In this document: positions 8,597-13,568 of the stretch, piece after piece
Layout of the letters: every line of letters begins with the position of its first letter
Position numbering within the stretch: position 1 is the stretch's first letter
Assembly: GCA_047620805.1 (NCBI GenBank)
Contig: JBLHLE010000060.1
Location: 1 to 13,568 of the forward strand
Origin: Pirellulaceae bacterium
GTDB taxonomy: Bacteria; Planctomycetota; Planctomycetia; Pirellulales; Pirellulaceae
Reading direction: 5' to 3'
Length of the DNA: 13,568 bases
Notes under the pieces: generated by a model
Databases searched by the model: none
What the model was told of the DNA's origin: nothing
The model's input: the letters and a program-made list of their open reading frames with translations, nothing else
Made by a program: the position numbers and the translations under genes

Positions 8597-8675
8597 CAGA
8601 GCGTCCGGGAAGATCAGAGCGTCCGGGAAGATCAGAGCGTCCGGGAAGATCAGAGCGTCCGGGAAGATCAGAGCG
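8597..8675. repeat. Tandem direct repeat, 18-bp unit CAGAGCGTCCGGGAAGAT x4 perfect copies plus a partial 5th
   Basis: Read directly from the sequence: perfect copies at 8597-8614, 8615-8632, 8633-8650 and 8651-8668, then CAGAGCG and divergence. It starts 17 nt after the stop codon of the giant ORF, in the convergent intergenic region 8581-8710. Confidence 0.92.
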
Positions 8676-8704
8676 GTCAGAGCTGCCTACACATTGCTCT
8701 GACC
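8675..8704. terminator. Intergenic stem-loop (9-bp perfect stem, 12-nt loop) between convergent genes; candidate bidirectional terminator-like structure
   Basis: GGTCAGAGC (8675-8683) and GCTCTGACC (8696-8704) are perfect reverse complements. The structure sits 7 nt from the stop of the minus-strand SGNH gene (8711-8713) and about 95 nt after the giant-ORF stop. No canonical U-tract follows on either strand. Confidence 0.3.
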
Positions 8705-8710
8705 TTGATG

Positions 8711-10901
8711 CTACTGAGTGAGCGTTTCGGCTAGTTCGTTGGCAATCAGATCCGCGATTAGTTCATTTCCTTTTTGGTTCGGATGAACGCCATCGCCAGT
8801 CAAAATACCCATGTTCGCGAATTCGATGTCGCCGTTAACTCTCAATTCAACATTGTGATTCTTCAAATAGTTAACGAACGCAGTGCGAAGATCGACGAGT
8901 GGTACGCTCTGTTGGCGAGCCACCTTGCGGGTTAACTCGGCGAACTGATCGCAGAGTTTGTCTTTTTCGTTGGAGCCATCGGGGCGCTCTCTGTAAACGG
9001 CGAGCGTCGTGAAGATTAGTTTCGTTCCGTTGGCGGCTGCAGCTTTGTGCAGGTCGACTAGTGCCTGTTCAAAGTCTTGCGGACTTGTCTTTCGCCACCA
9101 AACATCGTTGATACCGATGTACACCACGGCCACATCTGCCTTGTCGTTCTGGATAACCTTGGCGAACGATTCTTGTTTGCCATCCTTGTTGCCATCCTTG
9201 TTTGCCATCCTTGTTGCCATCCTTGTTGCCATCCTTGTTGCCATCCTTGTTGCCGGAGTCGATGTAGGCGGCCTTTTCGACTCCATCGCGAACTGAGAGC
9301 ACGCCGCCGCCGTTGATTCCGTGGTTGAGTAGCTTCACATCCTTGGCCGTCGTTGGCAGCGCCTTTTCAATTAGCGAAATAAATCCGTTTTGCCAAGTGA
9401 TCGAATCCCCAAAGAACGAGATTCGTTTTCCGTCGGGGATCTTCGCGGAGGTGAGTTTGGCGCGGCCTGCGATGTTAAATGAGAGCGACCGTTTCTGCTT
9501 GGCAGAATCCGACATATCGAAAGGCGAATCAAGCGGCTCGACGACATTCATTGCGGGTTTTAGATTGCCATCTTGGTCAATCGAGGCGCGATAGACTCCT
9601 GGTTTTCTGCCCTTTGGGTTGCGAAACCCAATTGTCTGCAATTGCGACGGCGTAAGACCGCCGGTGTCGCTTCCAAAACGAACGGTAGAAGCCGCCGCAT
9701 CGAAGCCGTTGATGATTAACTGCTTACTTGAGTCCCAGTTTGCGCCGCTACTGTCGTAAAAACGAATTCTACCGGCCTGTGTAACATCGATACTCGCGTC
9801 GCCATTCAGAAACAGAATGCCAAGATTTTCGCTGTGCCCTTTTAGCCGTAGTTCGACGGACTGCGACTTGGGATCGACAACGACATTTACGGCGTCGGCG
9901 ATCTGGTTGTCGTTTTCCCACTCCAACTTCGCGTGTGTCGTCAGAGTTAATTCACTGGAAATGGCATCGACCCCTGTGGGCTTTGCGAGCGACGTGACAT
10001 TCAGCCGCGGATTTCCCGAACCAATCATCCAGCCAGCCGCAAGCGAATTTGCTTGCCCACCGCCGAGTGTCGTGCCTCCGTTGGTGATGTTTATCCGCCC
10101 TGCCCCGACGATGTCTCCGTGGAGCCTCGTTGGATTCCCTCCGCCGTTATCGACCTGCAACGTCACGCCATCATCGATCTGAAGTCGTCCAGTGTGGGGA
10201 CCGTTGGATATTCCACTGGTAATTACGGAATCTTTGCTGACCGTAATCGGCTCCGTCGACGTATTGCGAATGATGAAGATCTGGCCACCGTCCAAAATGG
10301 TGGGCTGCGAGTCGGAACCAAAACTTCCAGGCGAATGAGTTAGCAGACGGCCCGAACGAATTATCAGCTTGCCAAGCAGTGTTTTCGAGCTATCCGCCGC
10401 AAAGTCGATTGTGCCCGTTTTGTGACCGTCGAAAGTGAGTGTACCGGAGCCGTGAATCTTTCCCGAGATGACGAGCGATTCACCGCCGAGATAGAAGTGA
10501 TTGTGATTGGCCAATGTCGCGTCGCCAAGAAACTCAACGTCGCAGGCAAGCGTCTGCTTGGCCTGCTCCTTAAAGCCGACGGAGTCCATCTTCTTTAACA
10601 CGACGGAGCCATCTTTTTCAATGACTAGCGGGCCGCCGCTAAGCGTGTAACGCCTCTTGTCAGTGGGGTTGAGAAGCAGGTGCGCGATCTGTTGGCGTCC
10701 CACCATCTCGATCGTGGTATCGCTACCAACGGCGGGAAGAATCGCAGAATCGCCGCTGCCCGGAATCTGTTTTGGATTCCAGTTCGCAGCATTTGCCCAC
10801 TGCTCATCGTCGGCTTTTCCAGTCCATGTTATTTCTGCAGCTTGTGTTCCGCTACAAAACAAAACGAAAACGGCGAGCGATAAGAAGAAGCGTGGCAGCA
10901 T
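8711..10901 (-). pseudogene. Secreted SGNH/GDSL-family hydrolase with N-terminal autotransporter-associated beta-strand (beta-helix) repeats, interrupted by a 1-nt frameshift in a coding tandem repeat (or a sequencing error)
   Basis: Two overlapping minus-strand ORFs (9069..10973 and 8711..9286) together encode one protein. The upstream ORF has a signal peptide from ATG 10901 (MLPRFFLSLAVFVLFCSGTQAA|AE), then ITWTGKADDEQWANAANWNP-type passenger-associated repeats, then SGNH block I (FFGDSIT) and block II (NHGINGGG). The downstream ORF supplies block III (YIGINDVWW) and block V (DGVHPN). The two frames switch inside the (NKDG)n repeat, where one repeat unit is 13 nt instead of 12 (extra T at about 9201-9203 on the plus strand). 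The total length of 2191 nt is 3n+1, consistent with a single inserted base. Confidence 0.6.
9179..9251. repeat. Coding tandem repeat, 12-bp unit GCCATCCTTGTT x6 (encodes NKDG on the minus strand), with one 13-bp variant unit causing the frameshift
   Basis: Units at 9179-9190, 9191-9203 (13 bp, extra T), 9204-9215, 9216-9227, 9228-9239 and 9240-9251. Minus-strand translation gives NKDG NKDG NKDG NKDG, then a shift to KQGWQQGWQ. The other frame gives MATRMATR, then NKDGNKDGKQESF leading into the rest of the SGNH domain. Confidence 0.9.
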
Positions 10902-11033
10902 TCGAAAACCCAACTTATGAGACCGGCCAACGTGAAATCCGACCGCGTCAGTATAGATTGGTAACGGCGACAATGCGAGTTTGGCCGCAAGTGAGGACTT
11001 GGACGCGGGAGAAAGAATCGCGGTTTTGATACG

Positions 11034-11070
11034 AAAAAAAGCCCGCAGTTGTGAAACTGCGGGCTTATCT
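11034..11070 (-). terminator. Rho-independent terminator of clpX
   Basis: On the minus strand, GCCCGCAG (complement of 11057-11064), an 8-nt loop, and CUGCGGGC are followed by UUUUUUU (complement of the A-run 11034-11040). This starts about 20 nt after the clpX stop (11086-11088). Confidence 0.75.
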
Positions 11071-11085
11071 CAATCCAGTCAATGT

Positions 11086-12378
11086 CTAGGCACTTTTTGA
11101 CTTCGGTTCGGGGAACTCAAAAAGCTTGTTACGACCAGATATCACATCTTCGTCGATACGATACGTCTCGCCTTCCTCTTGGTCTGGCAGTTCGTACATG
11201 ATATCCAACATGGCTTCTTCGATGATGCTACGGAGGCCACGAGCACCAGTGCCCTTCTTGAGAGCTAGGTGAGCGATTGCCTGCAGGGCACCTTCGGTGA
11301 ATTCAAGGTGGCTGTTTTCCATCTCGAACAACGTCTCGTACTGCTTTATCAAAGCGTTCTTTGGCTCTGTGAGAACTTTAATGAGTCCTGATTCGTCCAA
11401 CGGCGTTAGTGCTGTGCAAACGGGTAGTCGACCCACGAGTTCGGGGATCAAACCGTATTCCAGGATGTCGTCGGTGCGAAGTTGTGGCAGCAATTCAGCG
11501 AGATCGGCGTCTGCCGCTAGCCCAGTTGCTTCTTGCTGTTGCCCGAAACCCAACGTTCGCGTGCCGAGGCGTTTGCGAATGATGTCTTCAATACCAACAA
11601 ATGTACCACCACAGATAAAGAGAATGTTCGTCGTGTCCATCTGAATGTAATGTTGTTCGGGATGCTTACGGCCACCTTGCGGTGGAACATTAGCAACAGT
11701 TCCTTCCAACATCTTCAACAAAGCTTGTTGAACACCTTCACCGGAGACGTCGCGAGTGATCGACACGTTCTGACTGGTCTTTCCAATCTTGTCGATCTCA
11801 TCGATATAGAGAACGCCGCGTTGAGCAGCTTCTAGATCGAAGTCCGCAGAATGCAACAGCTTGAGTAACAAATTTTCGACGTCTTCGCCGACATAACCTG
11901 CTTCCGTCAAGGTTGTCGCATCACCGATGGCAAAAGGAACATTCAGCACACGTGCCAAAGTTCTTGCCAACAACGTTTTTCCGGATCCTGTTGGGCCGAC
12001 AAGAAGAATATTCGACTTCTCGACTTCAACATTTGAACCTTCCCATCCCAAAGAGAGCCGCTTGTAATGGTTGTGAACCGCCACGGCGAGTACCTTTTTG
12101 GCACTGCCTTGACCGATCACATATTGGTCCATTTGGTTAACTATACTGCGAGGAGTAGGAATCTCACTGAACAACTGCTTCGAGGATCCTCGACGTTTTT
12201 GCTCTTGTTCCAAAATCGACTGGCAAAGGTCGATACACTCGCCACAAATATAAACATCGCCGGGGCCCTCAACTAAAGGTCCCACATCGCGATAACTTTT
12301 TCTACAGAAGGAACAGAAGGCGTTCTTTTTAGTAGTACCGCCTCGTCGTCCCCCCCCCACTTCTTTTCCAGCGGGCAT
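11086..12378 (-). CDS. clpX: ATP-dependent Clp protease ATP-binding subunit ClpX
   Basis: The N-terminal C4 zinc-binding domain (CSFCRKS...[10 protein letters not shown]) is followed by the canonical ClpX AAA+ core ([45 protein letters not shown], Walker [23 protein letters not shown], and a C-terminal [10 protein letters not shown] sensor-2 region). Length is 430 aa. Confidence 0.95.
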   Translation of the reverse strand: MPAGKEVGGGRRGGTTKKNAFCSFCRKSYRDVGPLVEGPGDVYICGECIDLCQSILEQEQKRRGSSKQLFSEIPTPRSIVNQMDQYVIGQGSAKKVLAVAVHNHYKRLSLGWEGSNVEVEKSNILLVGPTGSGKTLLARTLARVLNVPFAIGDATTLTEAGYVGEDVENLLLKLLHSADFDLEAAQRGVLYIDEIDKIGKTSQNVSITRDVSGEGVQQALLKMLEGTVANVPPQGGRKHPEQHYIQMDTTNILFICGGTFVGIEDIIRKRLGTRTLGFGQQQEATGLAADADLAELLPQLRTDDILEYGLIPELVGRLPVCTALTPLDESGLIKVLTEPKNALIKQYETLFEMENSHLEFTEGALQAIAHLALKKGTGARGLRSIIEEAMLDIMYELPDQEEGETYRIDEDVISGRNKLFEFPEPKSKSA

Positions 12379-12642
12379 GCTTGCTCCTTTCGGATTTCCG
12401 ATTCCCCCGTCCAGTCGGCCATCGTCGGCCGCTAAACAAAGTCGTCTAGAAACAATCCCAGGTGTCGCTCGTGCAGACCGTTACATCAGGCCTGCGGGGT
12501 GCATCCTTGACCGCTATCGTCGAGCTTTAAAATCATTCTTTCCAAGAAGTGCTTTTGGCCTCCCAGGCCATCGAAGAAAATAACTCGAAGGGATCGTCAG
12601 AACCGGACACATCATGAACGCTTATCCATGCCGCTCTTCCGG

Positions 12643-12987
12643 TTAACCCTCTTCATTGTCATCGTTTAACTCGGTCTTGAGTTTTTCTCCCAGCACTGTC
12701 TTTATTGTTCGGTATTCAGAGTCCTCAATGTCACCTTCCTCAAGCATTTCGTGGAAATTGGTCATCGTGTCACTAACGCTTGGCCGGTCGTCATTGATTT
12801 GATCGCGATAGCTTATCGCGATGCGGTATCCAACCGAGATCATTGCACAAAGTATAGCGATCCCAAGCACAAGTTGGGCTTCCGTAGTTTGTAGGAATTG
12901 GGAAAATGACACGGGCGTTTCGACTAGTGAGCGTTTATTCGGTTGACCACAGGAAGCGATGTCAAAAGCGAAGTGCAATCGTGACAT
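12643..12987 (-). CDS. Small membrane protein with C-terminal SHOCT-like domain (start uncertain; the longest ORF extends to 13179)
   Basis: ORF 12643..13179. An internal ATG at 12987 (MSRLHF...), preceded by a GGGAGA-like Shine-Dalgarno, gives a ~114-aa protein with one TM helix (LVLGIAILCAMISVGY) and a C-terminal LEEGDIEDSEYRTIKTVLGEKL segment that matches the SHOCT motif pattern (L..G.It.eEY...K..L). No other homology was recognised. Confidence 0.45.
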   Translation of the reverse strand: MSRLHFAFDIASCGQPNKRSLVETPVSFSQFLQTTEAQLVLGIAILCAMISVGYRIAISYRDQINDDRPSVSDTMTNFHEMLEEGDIEDSEYRTIKTVLGEKLKTELNDDNEEG

Positions 12988-13400
12988 ATTGCCTGATACA
13001 TATCTCCCGGATATTATGCAAAAAGTGCTCACTAAGTCCAGAATCCGTAATCCGTATTCCTTAACTCGTGCTGGCCGTTGGCTTTGCGTTTGGTAAGTGA
13101 ATGGAATACAAAGATCGGACACATGGGGCTTCCGCTCAGTCTGATCACGCAGACTGTCGGGATTCGCCACAGTTGACACTCTAGCAATGCCGCGCTAGGC
13201 TGATGCAGCACCGGCCTAATTTCGGCCCCTAGCGAGCGAAGTTAGCCAGATTTGGCGAACTTAATGGAGTTTGCCAGCCATGCTGGGCAACCTCACTTAA
13301 CTCACAGGCCATTTCCCTGAAGAAGATACGAAGTCCGTTTCGTATAGCGTTCATTGCTCAGATCTAGTTACGTCCCTGCCTCCCCAATGGTTCAGAGAAT

Positions 13401-13568
13401 ATGCAAGATAAACAATCGCAACTCAATCGCGTCATTAGTGGCGGTATCGTGGCCGTCATTCGAGCCGATCGCAGCGAAAGGCTGGTCGATGTTGCCCAGG
13501 CTCTCCTCCAGGGTGGCATCGATGTAATGGAAATCACCTTCACTGTTCCTCGAGCTGTCCATGTTCTG
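13401..13568 (+). CDS. eda: KDPG/KHG aldolase (Eda), 5' fragment truncated by window end
   Basis: MQDKQSQLNRVISGGIVAVIRADRSERLVDVAQALLQGGIDVMEITFTVPRAVHVL aligns with the Eda N-terminus ([41 protein letters not shown] in E. coli Eda). An in-frame TAG lies 36 nt upstream, so ATG 13401 is the first possible start. Confidence 0.72.
   Translation, partial: MQDKQSQLNRVISGGIVAVIRADRSERLVDVAQALLQGGIDVMEITFTVPRAVHVL

Noticed and set aside
8597-8675. CRISPR array
   Set aside because: The 18-bp units are directly contiguous with no spacers, and no cas genes are present. This is a simple tandem repeat.
9191-9203. Programmed +1 ribosomal frameshift in the SGNH gene
   Set aside because: There is no stop codon, rare codon or stimulatory element at the shift site. 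The site is inside a perfect tandem repeat, where a 1-nt indel (mutation or sequencing error) is far more likely.
9009-9316. Plus-strand ORFs with ILVAILVA and HPCCHPCC repeats
   Set aside because: They are alternative-frame readings of the 12-bp tandem repeat, lying inside and antisense to the SGNH hydrolase gene.
10902-10973. Longer N-terminus (MSPLPIYTDAVGFHVGRSHKLGFR) for the SGNH/beta-helix protein
   Set aside because: The internal ATG at 10901 begins a textbook signal peptide (MLPRFFLSLAVFVLFCSGTQAA). The upstream extension would bury it, so the shorter start is preferred.
12556-12570. Short GGCC-loop-GGCC hairpin just downstream of the SHOCT gene stop
   Set aside because: It has only a 4-5-bp stem and is followed on the transcribed (minus) strand by an A-run, not a U-run. 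That is insufficient to call a terminator.

Overview
This 13.6-kb window looks like a Planctomycetota-type chromosomal segment; that taxonomic call is inferred from protein features and has low confidence. No rRNA, tRNA, CRISPR array or transposase is evident.

Gene content in order:
- A tightly coupled plus-strand operon. It holds an NfeD/YqiJ-like membrane protein (119-733), a YqiK/FloT-type flotillin (SPFH) protein with an unusually long E/A/K/Q coiled coil (744-2825), and a giant ~1840-aa protein (3052-8580). A strong hairpin separates the flotillin gene from the giant gene.
- The giant protein has a single MoxR/AAA_5-like P-loop ATPase module near residue 1290. Its ~1250-aa N-terminal region carries no motif I can assign.
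- Four perfect 18-bp tandem repeats plus a 9-bp-stem hairpin lie in the convergent intergenic region after the giant gene.
- A minus-strand secreted SGNH/GDSL hydrolase with N-terminal autotransporter-associated beta-strand repeats is split by a 1-nt frameshift inside a 12-bp (NKDG-coding) tandem repeat (8711-10901).
- clpX on the minus strand (11086-12378) has a clean rho-independent terminator. There is no clpP directly upstream.
- A small SHOCT-domain membrane protein (12643-12987) lies upstream of clpX.
- The 5' end of a KDPG aldolase (eda) gene runs off the window edge (13401-13568).

The candidate novel system is the NfeD-flotillin-giant AAA+ ATPase module.
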